From an uncultured bacterium (lineage in GTDB: Bacteria; Abyssobacteria; SURF-5): 64,000 bases of DNA. Under the pieces are notes generated by a model that saw only the letters and a list, made by a program, of their open reading frames with translations, did no database searches and was not told the origin of the DNA. The translations under genes and the position numbers were made by a program. Shown here one piece after another: positions 8,420 through 18,701 of this stretch (position 1 is its first letter; every line of letters starts with the position of its first letter). The stretch covers positions 11,907 through 75,906 of the forward strand of contig CAZSKP010000002.1 of the NCBI GenBank assembly GCA_964607485.1, written 5' to 3'.

Positions 8420-10907
8420 CTTCCTTTCTTGTCCCGGCAAGGCGTTCGACGCGTCTGATTTCGTTGAGGAAGTCTTGCTTGCCGAACTGGCCTTTCTTGG
8501 CTGCGGCCTCTACCTTCCCATTCAGCAAACCCTTTTCTTCTACCGTGAGGTCTTTTGCAGTGACGATTATGATGGGGATATCCTTTGTGCTCTTCTCCAT
8601 TTTCAGGAATTCGACCACCTCGAATCCGCTGATGTCGGGCATCATCAGGTCGAGAAATATCAGGTCGGGCTTCTGCTTGGAGGCAACCTCGATTCCCTGG
8701 AGGCCCGTGTACGCCTTGGATACGGAGAACGCCTGTCCCTCGAGCATCGCGGCCAGGAGTTCCACAAAGTTCTCGTCGTCGTCCACGACCAACACGTTCG
8801 ATATCTGTCCCTTTGTCGCCTTGCCGCGCAATCTCTCCAACCGTTCGAGCAGGTCCCGGCGAGAGACCGGCTTGACGATGTAATCGGCTGCTCCCAGGGC
8901 AAAGCCCGTCTCCTCGTCCTGCAGCACCGAGGTGATGAGCACCGGGATATCTCTCGTATCGGGAGAATCCTTGAGCTCCTGCAATATTTTCCAGCCGTCC
9001 TTGTCGGGCAGGATGATGTCGAGCGTGATGATGGCGGGGTGTATCGAACGAGCGGCCTTCATGGCTTCTTCTCCGTCGGCGGCGTGGACAACCTGGTAGC
9101 CCGCCTCCCCGAGATAGGTCGATATCAGCTCGAACGAGTGAGGGTCGTCCTCGACGACGAGGACGACTTCGTCGCCCCGGAGCTCTCTCGACCCGGCCGC
9201 AGCGTCCTCGCCGCCGCCGGTGGAGACGGGGGTCTTCCGAGGCTCTACCACATCTTTGTCCGACACGGGCAGCGTGAAGTAGAACGAACATCCCTTTCCC
9301 TTCTCGCTTTCAAGCCAGATCGAGCCGCCGTGAAGCTCGACGAGCTTCCTGGTGAGAGCGAGCCCGAGACCTGTGCCCTCGTACTGGCGGGCGTATGAAC
9401 CATCCACCTGCTGGAATTCCTGGAAGACCCGAGCCTGGTCGGCCTTATCGATTCCTATGCCGTTATCCCTCACGCAGAACTCCGCGTAACGCCTGAGGAC
9501 AAACTGGTCGTCGTCGGACATCTCAAAGTCCCCGACGACATCGGTGGATATCTCGACCCAGCCTTTGTTCGGCGTGAACTTTATCGCGTTACTGAGGAGG
9601 TTGTAGAAAATCTGTTTCAGCTTTTTCGGGTCGGCCGTGACGGTGACGAGCCGCGGCGAGAGACGTTGACGGATAGTGATCTCCTTCTGAGCCGCCAGCC
9701 CCTTGGCGAAGTTGGCGATTTCCGCCAGCATGCCCGCGACCGCGAACGTTTCCGGATGGAGCTGCATCTTGCCCGATTCCACTTTGGCGAGGTCGAGGAT
9801 TTCGTTGATGAGCTGAAGGAGGTGCTTGCCGCTGACGACGACATTTTCCGCATATCTGCGCTGCTTTTCGTTGAGAGTGCCGAACGATTGGTCGCAGAGT
9901 ATCTCGGAGAATCCGATGATCGCGTTAAGCGGCGTGCGAAGCTCGTGGCTCATGTTCGCCAGAAACTCGGATTTGAGCTGACTGACGGCTTCGAGCTCCT
10001 TGTTTGTCCGGTGAAGGTCTTCGTTTAGCAATCGGAGCGCTTTCGTTCGCCCTTCCACCTTTTGCTCGAGCGTCTTGCTATACTCCTCGAGTTCGGTCCG
10101 GTAGCGTTTCAGGTCTTGGGTCATCTTGTTGAACGAAGAGCCAAGGTCGCCGATCTCATCGTTCGTGTTGATCATGACGGGCTTATCGAGGTCCCCGCTG
10201 GCCACTCTCTCGGTAGCGGCTACGAGCTGCTGGACGGGGTTCACGATACGCCGCACGAGGAAAACGGTCATACCGATGGCCAGCAAGACGACCGTCACCG
10301 TGACGTTTCTGATCGTGCGCCGCGCCTGACTGATCTGTTCGTTCATCGCGTCGAGGGAAATGCCGATACGGGCCACGCCGATTTTTTCCGGGACGACCTC
10401 GGTATCGGTTCCGAAGATGACTTCCTCGCCGGAGCGGGACGGGCTTTTTTCCGTTATGATTGGAGCAGCGATATCGAAGACGGGCGTTTTCGTTTCATCC
10501 TCGGTGAACGACTGTATCTTAAGCTTGTCGGTTTTGAGCGCCTGCTCGGAGACTTCGTAGGCGGCCGTCGGGGAGATTCCCTTAATGTTGCGAGGAAGCG
10601 CCGGAGTGCTTGCCAGCGGCTTTCCTTCGTCGTTGTAGATGATGCAGTAGGCCACGTCAGTCTCTTTGATGAGTCCGGCGATGATGCTGGTAAATACCGT
10701 TTCATCGCCGGTCAACACGCCGTACTCGCTGACGGAGGCCACATTGCGGGCCAAAACGGCGCCTTTTTCTTTCAGATGGTCGGATATTTCATCGACTTGT
10801 CGGCGGACCAGAAACCAGCCGAGCACGGTGGCGGTCAGTATGACCACGAGAGATATGTAGGCGGTTATCTTGAAGCGAAGCCCCAACCTGAACTTGGGCG
10901 GGCGCAT
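8412..10907 (-). CDS. Membrane hybrid sensor kinase (TM-periplasmic-TM-HAMP-HisKA-HATPase-REC-REC)
   Basis: Two TM segments, HAMP (DEIGDLGSSFNKM), MSHELRTPLN, GTGLGL, two C-terminal REC domains. Confidence 0.95.
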   Translation of the reverse strand: MRPPKFRLGLRFKITAYISLVVILTATVLGWFLVRRQVDEISDHLKEKGAVLARNVASVSEYGVLTGDETVFTSIIAGLIKETDVAYCIIYNDEGKPLASTPALPRNIKGISPTAAYEVSEQALKTDKLKIQSFTEDETKTPVFDIAAPIITEKSPSRSGEEVIFGTDTEVVPEKIGVARIGISLDAMNEQISQARRTIRNVTVTVVLLAIGMTVFLVRRIVNPVQQLVAATERVASGDLDKPVMINTNDEIGDLGSSFNKMTQDLKRYRTELEEYSKTLEQKVEGRTKALRLLNEDLHRTNKELEAVSQLKSEFLANMSHELRTPLNAIIGFSEILCDQSFGTLNEKQRRYAENVVVSGKHLLQLINEILDLAKVESGKMQLHPETFAVAGMLAEIANFAKGLAAQKEITIRQRLSPRLVTVTADPKKLKQIFYNLLSNAIKFTPNKGWVEISTDVVGDFEMSDDDQFVLRRYAEFCVRDNGIGIDKADQARVFQEFQQVDGSYARQYEGTGLGLALTRKLVELHGGSIWLESEKGKGCSFYFTLPVSDKDVVEPRKTPVSTGGGEDAAAGSRELRGDEVVLVVEDDPHSFELISTYLGEAGYQVVHAADGEEAMKAARSIHPAIITLDIILPDKDGWKILQELKDSPDTRDIPVLITSVLQDEETGFALGAADYIVKPVSRRDLLERLERLRGKATKGQISNVLVVDDDENFVELLAAMLEGQAFSVSKAYTGLQGIEVASKQKPDLIFLDLMMPDISGFEVVEFLKMEKSTKDIPIIIVTAKDLTVEEKGLLNGKVEAAAKKGQFGKQDFLNEIRRVERLAGTRKEDG

Positions 10908-11043
10908 CGGAAAGTCATCCCCTCCGCATTGTTGTGCCTATTACAAACTACCCCGACTTTAATTATAGCACGAAAAACAATGCTGTTCAACAAAGCCGAA
11001 GAGCATGCATAAACCGCTATCCGCCGGAATTTTTCCAGTCGCG

Positions 11044-11775
11044 CTACGCACCCACCTGAAGCCTCTCCGCCAAAAATTGCGGCAGGCCCGACTCCCGCAC
11101 CGCCTTCATCGCCGCCTGGATATCGTATTCCACACGAATGAGTTCAACCGATATTTCCTCCGTGTCCAGGATGGCAAACGATGCCCTCGGGTCGCCGTCT
11201 CGCGGCTGACCGACGGAGCCCGGATTGACGAAATACCTGTCGCGGGCGGTCAACTCGTACTTGCCCGGAGACATGGATTCGTGGGAGGGTCCGCGGTCGC
11301 TGTAGATTGCGGGAAGATGGGTATGGCCGAACAGACATATCTGAATCGATGCACTGGGCAGATGTTGAAAGTTGTTCAAGGCGTCCATCAGGTCCATGAT
11401 GTAATCATCACGCGAGAGGGGGCTGCCGTGGACGGCGTAAATTTTTCCCAGAACCATCGCCTCATTCGGGAGGCCGCAGAGGTGGCGTCTCCTATCCTCG
11501 GACAGCCTCTTTCGGGTCCACAGTGCGGCCTCACGGGCCGCGGAGTTGAACCAGATCGGGTTTTCGAGCCCACAACACACGATATCATGATTGCCCATGA
11601 TCGAGGGGATGTCTTTCTCTAACACGAGGTCCAACACCTCACAGGGAAACGCGTTGTAGCCGACGAGGTCCCCTAGTGCAAAGATGGCGTCGGTCTCTCG
11701 ATTCTCCAGCTCTGCAAGCACCGCTGTGAGCGCATGCAGGTTGGAATGTATGTCGGATATTACGGCAAGCCTCAT
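11044..11775 (-). CDS. Metallophosphoesterase (calcineurin-like)
   Basis: SDIHSN, LGDLVGY, GNHD, HGSP, GHTH, NPGSVGQPRD. Confidence 0.92.
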   Translation of the reverse strand: MRLAVISDIHSNLHALTAVLAELENRETDAIFALGDLVGYNAFPCEVLDLVLEKDIPSIMGNHDIVCCGLENPIWFNSAAREAALWTRKRLSEDRRRHLCGLPNEAMVLGKIYAVHGSPLSRDDYIMDLMDALNNFQHLPSASIQICLFGHTHLPAIYSDRGPSHESMSPGKYELTARDRYFVNPGSVGQPRDGDPRASFAILDTEEISVELIRVEYDIQAAMKAVRESGLPQFLAERLQVGA

Positions 11776-13671
11776 CTATTCCTTCTTGGGCGAAAGAAGC
11801 TCTTCTATCGCCTCATGGTGCACTCTGTCAGCTTCCCTCAATGAGCCGGGCGCGCCCGAGGGACGGCGTTCCTTCTCGAGGGGCTTCGGATGACAGTCGA
11901 TGCAAGAGCCGGTGCGGAACAAGCCCGCCAGTTCCTCCCCCGTGAAGGGCCGCACGCCCTCGTGCGCCGAATCCTGAATTCGACCTCCGTGCTTACCCAC
12001 GAGGCTGTCGGGCGTGAAGCTCAACGGCAACCCGAGCCGCTTGAGGTCGGCGAATCCCTCTGTTCCCAGGCCCAACGCTTTCCTGTCCGAATGGCAGGAG
12101 GCGCATGTCCTCGACTCGGCGGTTACATTATGCGGTTGAACCGGGCTCATGGAAAACCCATACAGCCCGGCCGCCGTCGTGAAGGTCTGATTGAGCTTGA
12201 GCTGCCTGCCTGTTACGTCCAGGTGCGTCAGTATCGTCTGGCCGCCGGGAATGAAGGGAGCTATCCTCTCTTTTCGGTTAAAGCCGAGGACGGGCCTGTC
12301 CCAGAGCTGGAAGAGTTTTCGGCCCGTCCACTTGCCCTCCGAGCTTCGGGCCGGCTCGCCCTCGCCGACCCCGGCCGCCCAATCGACCGGGCTCACCCCG
12401 CGGTCGTCCCAGACCATGTGGCAGGCGTAGCATTGGGGAACGCCGGCGCTGTGACAGGCATAACACTCCAGCTTCTGGTGGCCTTTGTGCCAGATGTCGG
12501 CGGGCCGGCTCGGTTCGGACGCGTCTGAATACAGCACCGGGATAGGACGCCTCTCAACCATGATCTTTGTCCGCAGGTAGGGTTTGCCGTCCTCGAACTG
12601 GATGTTTTTAAGGGCGTCGCCGCGCTCGGTGCGGAAGTCGGGCGGCTTCGAGGAATCGCCATGGCAGCTCTCGCACCTCACGCCGACCTGATATTCCTCG
12701 TGGGAATAGAGGTTGCCGTCGCCGTGCACGTCAACGGTGTCGTGGCAGTCGATGCACGCCATCCCGCGCAGGTAGTGGACATCCGGCTTCACATGGATGA
12801 CCCTGGCGCCATACGCGGTCTTCTCTCCCGGTTCGGCCACTTGAGGTTCGAGCGTCGGGTCCGTCACCCCGAGACCCTCGTAGCTGAGGCCTATTCTCGC
12901 GCCGCCGTCGTTGTGGCACAACAGGCACTGCGAGCTGGGCACCTTCGTCGTGATTACGTGCATCGCCGGATGGCCGGGCTCGCTCTTGGGCACGGTCGGG
13001 TCTCCGCTCAGGCTCAACCCGTCCTCCTCATACAGAACATGACAGGCCGAGCATCCGGCGGGACGGAAGACGCCGGGGCTGGTCTTATCCTCCGTCCACA
13101 GGTGACACCTGAGGCAGGCGCCCCGGAGGAGACTGTCGGCGTTGGAATTCGACGCGGGCGGAAGTTCCTCCAGCCGCGCGACGGCGCCATCGGGCTGAAG
13201 CTTGTCCTGGTCGGATACTCCGCGCACTCCGTAGAGCGCGCCCCGGGTCTGCTGCACATTCCAGAGGTACCGGGTTCCCGCTATCTCGCCCGCCGCCGTC
13301 GCCATGAGCGAACGCCTCACCCTGCCGACGTGATCGCCGACGCCGTTGATTTCGACTTTTGAAATCGCGCCGTAATCGCTGTGACACTTCCCGCACGTGC
13401 GGTCGATGACTCTGAGGTCGCCCGGGTTGGCTATCAGCCCGGTGTGGGCCTCCAGCTTCGTCGCGCCCGAGGGACGGCCGTGATGACAGACGTCGCATCT
13501 CTTGTCGGCGCCCCACTCGGCGGCCATCTTCTGGTTGATCACTTCGATGCCCTTGTGACAGCTCAGGCACCCTTCTCCCCGGAGCGCAGTCTCTTTCTGT
13601 TCGGCGGCCGCCAGGCGGGCAACCAGCATCAGCGACGCGAAAATCGACGCCGCTAAGAGAAACGGCTTCAA
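11776..13671 (-). CDS. Secreted multiheme cytochrome c (12 CxxCH motifs)
   Basis: Signal peptide MKPFLLAASIFASLMLVARLAAA; CLSCH, CDVCH, CGKCH, CLRCH, CSACH, CLLCH, CIDCH, CESCH, CYACH (twice), CASCH, CIDCH. Confidence 0.92.
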   Translation of the reverse strand: MKPFLLAASIFASLMLVARLAAAEQKETALRGEGCLSCHKGIEVINQKMAAEWGADKRCDVCHHGRPSGATKLEAHTGLIANPGDLRVIDRTCGKCHSDYGAISKVEINGVGDHVGRVRRSLMATAAGEIAGTRYLWNVQQTRGALYGVRGVSDQDKLQPDGAVARLEELPPASNSNADSLLRGACLRCHLWTEDKTSPGVFRPAGCSACHVLYEEDGLSLSGDPTVPKSEPGHPAMHVITTKVPSSQCLLCHNDGGARIGLSYEGLGVTDPTLEPQVAEPGEKTAYGARVIHVKPDVHYLRGMACIDCHDTVDVHGDGNLYSHEEYQVGVRCESCHGDSSKPPDFRTERGDALKNIQFEDGKPYLRTKIMVERRPIPVLYSDASEPSRPADIWHKGHQKLECYACHSAGVPQCYACHMVWDDRGVSPVDWAAGVGEGEPARSSEGKWTGRKLFQLWDRPVLGFNRKERIAPFIPGGQTILTHLDVTGRQLKLNQTFTTAAGLYGFSMSPVQPHNVTAESRTCASCHSDRKALGLGTEGFADLKRLGLPLSFTPDSLVGKHGGRIQDSAHEGVRPFTGEELAGLFRTGSCIDCHPKPLEKERRPSGAPGSLREADRVHHEAIEELLSPKKE

Positions 13672-13743
13672 CTTCTTTCTCCCTTTAGAATTTGACGCAT
13701 GTGCGGATTTTCCATCCCGGGCGAGGAGGCCCGCCTCCGGAGG

Positions 13744-14739
13744 TCACTGCGGACCGACGTGAGTTGCCGATTCTTTGGCTTTGTCTTCCTGATACTTCTC
13801 CCATTCGGAGAATCGAAGCTTGACAACCTCGTACTCGCGTTCCTTATCGACATCCAGCGCGGCTCCGCCGAGAGAGGTGTACGCATATCCGAAGCGCGTA
13901 TCCATCAGCTTCGAGATGCATCTCGCCACCGACTCGGCATGCGTTATCCTGCGGACCAAATCTCTCAAGAAGCCCAGACGAAGCCTCGCAAACAGGAGCG
14001 AGATCTGGAGCAGGAGATAGTTTCCCACCGCTCCCCAACCGCCCTCTTCGTTTCTCAATATTTCCCATGTGAGGCGCACTATGTTTGCGAACTCCTTCTG
14101 ATAGCGCAAGTCATACATCGTCTGAACGTAATGCCGATTGTGAACCCTGAAGGGGCGGACCATGTGCATGTTGTTCTGCCTGAAGTTTCCCTCCCGAAAA
14201 TGCAAGTAGGCGAGGCGAATTCCCTTCTGTCCCTTCTGGGGATAGTAATGCGTGAGGTCTTCATCGAGCGTCACGCCGACCACATAGTCATACTTCTCCA
14301 TGTCGCATTTCGACACGAACTCGTCCACTTCGGCGGATGTAAGCAGCGGCATGTCGGCGGCCGCGATGAGCACGACGCTGTCGGCATCGGGCCCCTTGGC
14401 GACATCCTCGACGGCCTCCCCGCGCTGGTGCGACGGCAGCGTCTCCAAGAAGGTGTACCATATGTTTTCGTAAAGCGTGGACCGTTGCTCCAATATGTGA
14501 AGGGGCTTGTCCACCTTCGGAAAGTCGGGTCCCGGCGAAAGGGCTTCCTCCAACTTCTGCTTCGGGCCGACAACGTATATCTCCGAGATGCGCTCGGCAT
14601 TGGCAAGCGCCGACACGACGCGCGCGACAATCGGCAGGCCGCCGACGTCCAGGAACGCCTTGTTTGCTCCAAGAACCGGATGGCTCTTCCCCTTGTCGCC
14701 TGCGACTACTATCACTTTTACCTTTCGGAGGTCGCGCAT
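13744..14739 (-). CDS. Nucleotidyltransferase family protein (MobA/NTP_transf_3-like)
   Basis: IVVAG...NKAFLDVGG, AADMPLL, LDVD motifs. Confidence 0.8.
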   Translation of the reverse strand: MRDLRKVKVIVVAGDKGKSHPVLGANKAFLDVGGLPIVARVVSALANAERISEIYVVGPKQKLEEALSPGPDFPKVDKPLHILEQRSTLYENIWYTFLETLPSHQRGEAVEDVAKGPDADSVVLIAAADMPLLTSAEVDEFVSKCDMEKYDYVVGVTLDEDLTHYYPQKGQKGIRLAYLHFREGNFRQNNMHMVRPFRVHNRHYVQTMYDLRYQKEFANIVRLTWEILRNEEGGWGAVGNYLLLQISLLFARLRLGFLRDLVRRITHAESVARCISKLMDTRFGYAYTSLGGAALDVDKEREYEVVKLRFSEWEKYQEDKAKESATHVGPQ

Positions 14740-14995
14740 AGGTTTAATGGATTTTGAATGTGCGGTCCATCCCGTTTGCCAGTCAAAGGGGAAAGCCCGG
14801 AATTATTATACATTTCCCCGTTATGAGGCGCAACCACGGGGCGTGAAGCGAAATCGACGCTTGAAATCGCCGAGGTTTGTCTGGTATCATCCTCCTGACC
14901 GCAGGCCGGTTAAAGCGGTTCAACCGGCATTCGGAAAAGCTCCTCCCCCACGGGAGGGCAAACGAGGGCATTTGACCCTCAGAGGCGTTCACACG

Positions 14996-15760
14996 ATGAA
15001 AATATTCATGCTCGGACATTCGACGTTCAGGCTGGAGATTGACGATAACGTGATCCTGACCGACCCATGGTTCACCACATCCGGCCTCCTGTACAACCTG
15101 TTCTGGAGAAGGATCTATCCGCTTGCCCTCGGTCATGAGTCCATCAACAGGTGCGACGCAATGTTGGTCTCTCACAATCATCCCGGCCACTTCAGCCAAG
15201 ATGCGCTCAAACTCGCGCGCAGGCTGGGGACGGTGGTGGCGGGACCGAGGGGAGTCGTCGGACGCGCCAGGAGAAGCGGAGTAGCGAACTGCCGGGAACT
15301 GGGCCCCGGCGAAAGCTTCGACCTCCAGAACCTTCGCGTAACCGCCGTGCCGGCGATGCATCCGCCATCGAAGGATTCCATCGGCTTCCTCCTCGAAGGC
15401 AGCAAGAGCGTCTATTTCAGCGGAGACACGCGGTTCGACTGGAGCATTGTGAAAACTCTGCGCGACAGGCGGATAGACGTCGCGCTGCTCCAGGTATCCT
15501 GCTCGTTTCATGCGCCGTTCTATGGAGCGAACGGATTGGATGTCAACTACGCGGACGAACTGGCAAAGGCCATACACCCGAAACACGTAATACCGATGCA
15601 TTTCGATTGCGTCGGGAAATATCTCGACATCCCGACGAAAAAAAGAGTGAGCGAGCACAGCCTCGACGTCGAGGACGCCCTGAACAGCTTCAAGAGGAGG
15701 CTTGCCCGAAACGATATCGACTGTACCATCCTGTTCGCCGGAGACGAGACGGAAGTCTGA
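14996..15760 (+). CDS. MBL-fold metallohydrolase (UlaG-like)
   Basis: LGHSTF, TDPW, SHNHPGH, YFSGDT, IPMH; start MKIFMLGH at 14996. Confidence 0.85.
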   Translation: MKIFMLGHSTFRLEIDDNVILTDPWFTTSGLLYNLFWRRIYPLALGHESINRCDAMLVSHNHPGHFSQDALKLARRLGTVVAGPRGVVGRARRSGVANCRELGPGESFDLQNLRVTAVPAMHPPSKDSIGFLLEGSKSVYFSGDTRFDWSIVKTLRDRRIDVALLQVSCSFHAPFYGANGLDVNYADELAKAIHPKHVIPMHFDCVGKYLDIPTKKRVSEHSLDVEDALNSFKRRLARNDIDCTILFAGDETEV

Positions 15761-15805
15761 AGAAGACCGGCCGCACCCGAGGGCCCGCCGGCGACCCATC
15801 AAGAA

Positions 15806-16513
15806 ATGACCCAAGCCAAAATCGCATTGACGTCCGACTCCTTCAACGCGCGCGACGTGCGGGGCTCGGTCTGCGTCGTAATCGACGTGCTGCGCGCGAG
15901 CACCACCATCGTCGCCGCGCTGGCCAACGGATGCCCGAGCGTCATCCCGGTGGAAACGCCGGAGGAGGCGAGGGAAATCGCGCGGAAGCGAGGCTGCCTG
16001 TTGGGAGGAGAGAGAAACGGGCTTAAGGTTGAAGGATTCGATTTCGGCAACTCCCCCTTCGAGTACGGGCCGGAGAAAATCGGCGGGCGCTCCATCGCAT
16101 TCACGACAACCAACGGCACGCGCGCCATACAGGCCTGTGCCGCCTCGGACGCGCTTCTTGTCGCGTCGTTTCTCAACGGCACAGAGGTCGTCCGCTTGCT
16201 GGAAAAACAGAAAAAGGGCATCCTGATAGTGTGTGCCGGCACGCGGGGAAAGCCTTCCATAGAGGACACGGTCTGCGGAGGCATGCTGCTCGATGCATTG
16301 CATGTCCGGGGCGGCGGTGAGGCCGACGAGGCAGTATCGCTCTGGAAAGCTCACCGAGACAGCCTGGCGGCAATGATGAAGAACGTGAGCGAACACGGCC
16401 GGAGCCTGATTGAACTCGGGTTCGAGCGCGACATCGACTTTGCGGCCAGAGTCGACGAATACGGGTTGCTCGCCGTCAGGGAGGGCGACTCAATAGTGAG
16501 GAAGACACCGTGA
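15806..16513 (+). CDS. comB: 2-phosphosulfolactate phosphatase family protein
   Basis: VIDVLRASTT, GGERNG, FDFGNSP, TTTNGTRA, IEDTVCGG. Confidence 0.88.
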   Translation: MTQAKIALTSDSFNARDVRGSVCVVIDVLRASTTIVAALANGCPSVIPVETPEEAREIARKRGCLLGGERNGLKVEGFDFGNSPFEYGPEKIGGRSIAFTTTNGTRAIQACAASDALLVASFLNGTEVVRLLEKQKKGILIVCAGTRGKPSIEDTVCGGMLLDALHVRGGGEADEAVSLWKAHRDSLAAMMKNVSEHGRSLIELGFERDIDFAARVDEYGLLAVREGDSIVRKTP

Positions 16514-17727
16514 GCGAGAAGATAGAATTCAGGAAGAAACACAGATTGGCTCCCAGCCGCGCGCTGAGCGGCGCCGCGCTGGTGTTCGTCGCGTTCGCCG
16601 CCGTGCTGCTTTTCGCGGTCATGAGGCTGTCGGGCATCGGTCCGTCGGCCATAGAGAAGACGAGGCCCGGCGTCGCCGATGCGGAGCCCGCCAGCGAGTC
16701 CGTCTCGCGCTCACGCCGAAACGCCATCGTGACGGCCGCCGAGCGAGTGGACCCGGCGGTGGTGAGCATAGGGGTCGTCACCACCCGTATCGTGCGAGGC
16801 GTCAACCCGACGTACGACGAATTCTTCGATTACTTCTTCCGCGATTTTCTGCCGCCGACCCGGCAGTACAAATACAGGGAATCCATTCCGAACATCGGCT
16901 CCGGCGTGATCGTTTCGCCCGACGGCTACGTCGTGACCAACGAGCACGTCGTGCACGGCGCGGAAGAGATAACGGTCGTCACACCCGATGGCCTCACCCT
17001 TTCGGGCAAGCTCGTGGGAATACACGAGGCCTCTGACATTGCGATCATCAAGGTAGATGCCGACAACCTGCCGTATGCCCCGCTGGGCGACTCGGACAAC
17101 CTGATGGTGGGCGAATGGGCCATCGCCATAGGCAACCCCTTCGGCAACCTGATAGAAGACGCGCACCCATCGGTCACCGTCGGCGTCGTGAGCGCGCAAA
17201 AGCGGTCGTTCAAACCGGGGAGCGGAGGAAAGGTGTACGACGACATGATCCAGACCGACGCCGCCATCAACCCCGGCAACAGCGGAGGCCCGCTGGTGAA
17301 CGCGGACGGGCAGGTCATAGGAATCAACACGTTCATATTCACGCGTAGCGGCGGCTCGCTGGGGGTCGGATTCGCGATTCCCATCAACAGGGTCAAGAAG
17401 ATTCTGGAGGAAGTAAGAAAATACGGAAAGGTTCGCGACGTGTGGCTGGGGTTCACCGTCATCACCGTTGACGGAGAGACCGCCCGCGCGCTCGGACTGC
17501 CCGCCGGAGGAGCGCTCATACGGGCGGTCGAGAGGGGCAGCCCCGCCGATGAGGCCGGCCTCATGCCGGGCGACGTCATCGCGCGAGTGAACAACCGAGT
17601 CATAAGCGACGCCGACGATGCTCTGAGCGCATTCGGGAGCGTGCTGGTGGGCGAGAAGTTCTCGATCGACGCGTTGCGGAAAAACAACGAGCTGCATCTC
17701 ACGCTGGTGGCGCAGGAGAAGTCCTAG
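16510..17727 (+). CDS. HtrA/DegP-family serine protease with one PDZ domain
   Basis: N-terminal TM, TNEHVV, SDIAII, QTDAAINPGNSGG, C-terminal PDZ (GSPADEAGL). Confidence 0.95.
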   Translation: MSEKIEFRKKHRLAPSRALSGAALVFVAFAAVLLFAVMRLSGIGPSAIEKTRPGVADAEPASESVSRSRRNAIVTAAERVDPAVVSIGVVTTRIVRGVNPTYDEFFDYFFRDFLPPTRQYKYRESIPNIGSGVIVSPDGYVVTNEHVVHGAEEITVVTPDGLTLSGKLVGIHEASDIAIIKVDADNLPYAPLGDSDNLMVGEWAIAIGNPFGNLIEDAHPSVTVGVVSAQKRSFKPGSGGKVYDDMIQTDAAINPGNSGGPLVNADGQVIGINTFIFTRSGGSLGVGFAIPINRVKKILEEVRKYGKVRDVWLGFTVITVDGETARALGLPAGGALIRAVERGSPADEAGLMPGDVIARVNNRVISDADDALSAFGSVLVGEKFSIDALRKNNELHLTLVAQEKS

Positions 17728-17764
17728 GATTCAAGCAACCCCACCCAACAACCTTCCCCTGCTT

Positions 17765-17879
17765 CGTCATTGCGATGAGCAAGAAGCTGCAAGCTCGCGC
17801 GACGAAGCAATCCCGATGGCAAGAGGGTGACTCTCCGAGATTGCTTCGGTCGAGTCTGTGACTCTCCCTCGCAATGACG
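17765..17879. repeat. Palindromic intergenic repeat (CGTCATTGCGA...TCGCAATGACG variant)
   Basis: 11-bp terminal inverted repeat with inner CGAAGCAATC/GATTGCTTCG stem; sits between convergent genes. Confidence 0.8.
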
Positions 17880-17922
17880 CCGAATCATTTGGACAGCAGG
17901 CCCGTCAAGATCCCCGCGCTCG

Positions 17923-18651
17923 CTACATGCTCAAATCCAGCTTGGTGCGGCCAAAGATATTGATTGCCTCGCCGTTGATTGAACTCGCCCCGTCGGTCGC
18001 CAGGTAGAGCGTGAGGTCGGCGACATGGCTCGGAGGAATGAGCAGCTCCCCTATCCGTTCCTGAACCGTTTGCGGAACCATCTCGGTCTTGACGGTGCCG
18101 GGGCACACCGCGTTCACCGTGATGTTGAACGGCCCGAGTTCCTCGGCAAGCGCTTTTGTGAAGCCGACGACGGCGTGCTTGGAAGCCACGTAGGCCGTCA
18201 GATACATGACGCCTATCTTGCCGCTGCGAGAGGCGATGTTGATGATCCTGCCCCATCCCCGTTCAATCAGGATGGGCGCGACCGCCCTCGTGCAGTAGAA
18301 CGTGCCCATGAGATTCACCTCGATGACGCGACGCCATTCCTCGGGCTCGTAAACGACAAAGGGCGCGCCCTGTAAGATGCCCGCGTTGTTCACGAGGATG
18401 TCGATTCCTCCAAATTTCGACATCGTCTGTTCGACCATGTTCTGAACGTCTTCTTCGCGGGTAACATCGGCGCTCACTCCGACTGCCTCGCCACCGCTCC
18501 GCGAAATGTCCTTGACGACCTCCGAAAGCTGGTCTGAACTCCGGGCGGTGACGGCGACTTTGGCGCCCTCGCGTGCGAAGAGCAGGGCGATCTCCCGCCC
18601 GATTCCCCTGCTCCCGCCGGTGATAATCGCGACTCTGTCTTTCAACTTCAT
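17923..18651 (-). CDS. Short-chain dehydrogenase/reductase (FabG-like)
   Basis: TGGSRGIG, NNAG, YVASK, NAVCPG. Confidence 0.92.
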   Translation of the reverse strand: MKLKDRVAIITGGSRGIGREIALLFAREGAKVAVTARSSDQLSEVVKDISRSGGEAVGVSADVTREEDVQNMVEQTMSKFGGIDILVNNAGILQGAPFVVYEPEEWRRVIEVNLMGTFYCTRAVAPILIERGWGRIINIASRSGKIGVMYLTAYVASKHAVVGFTKALAEELGPFNITVNAVCPGTVKTEMVPQTVQERIGELLIPPSHVADLTLYLATDGASSINGEAINIFGRTKLDLSM

Positions 18652-18701
18652 CTTACTTATCTCCTATCCTCTCCTTACTCAGACTTCATTTTGCCTAGGG
18701 A

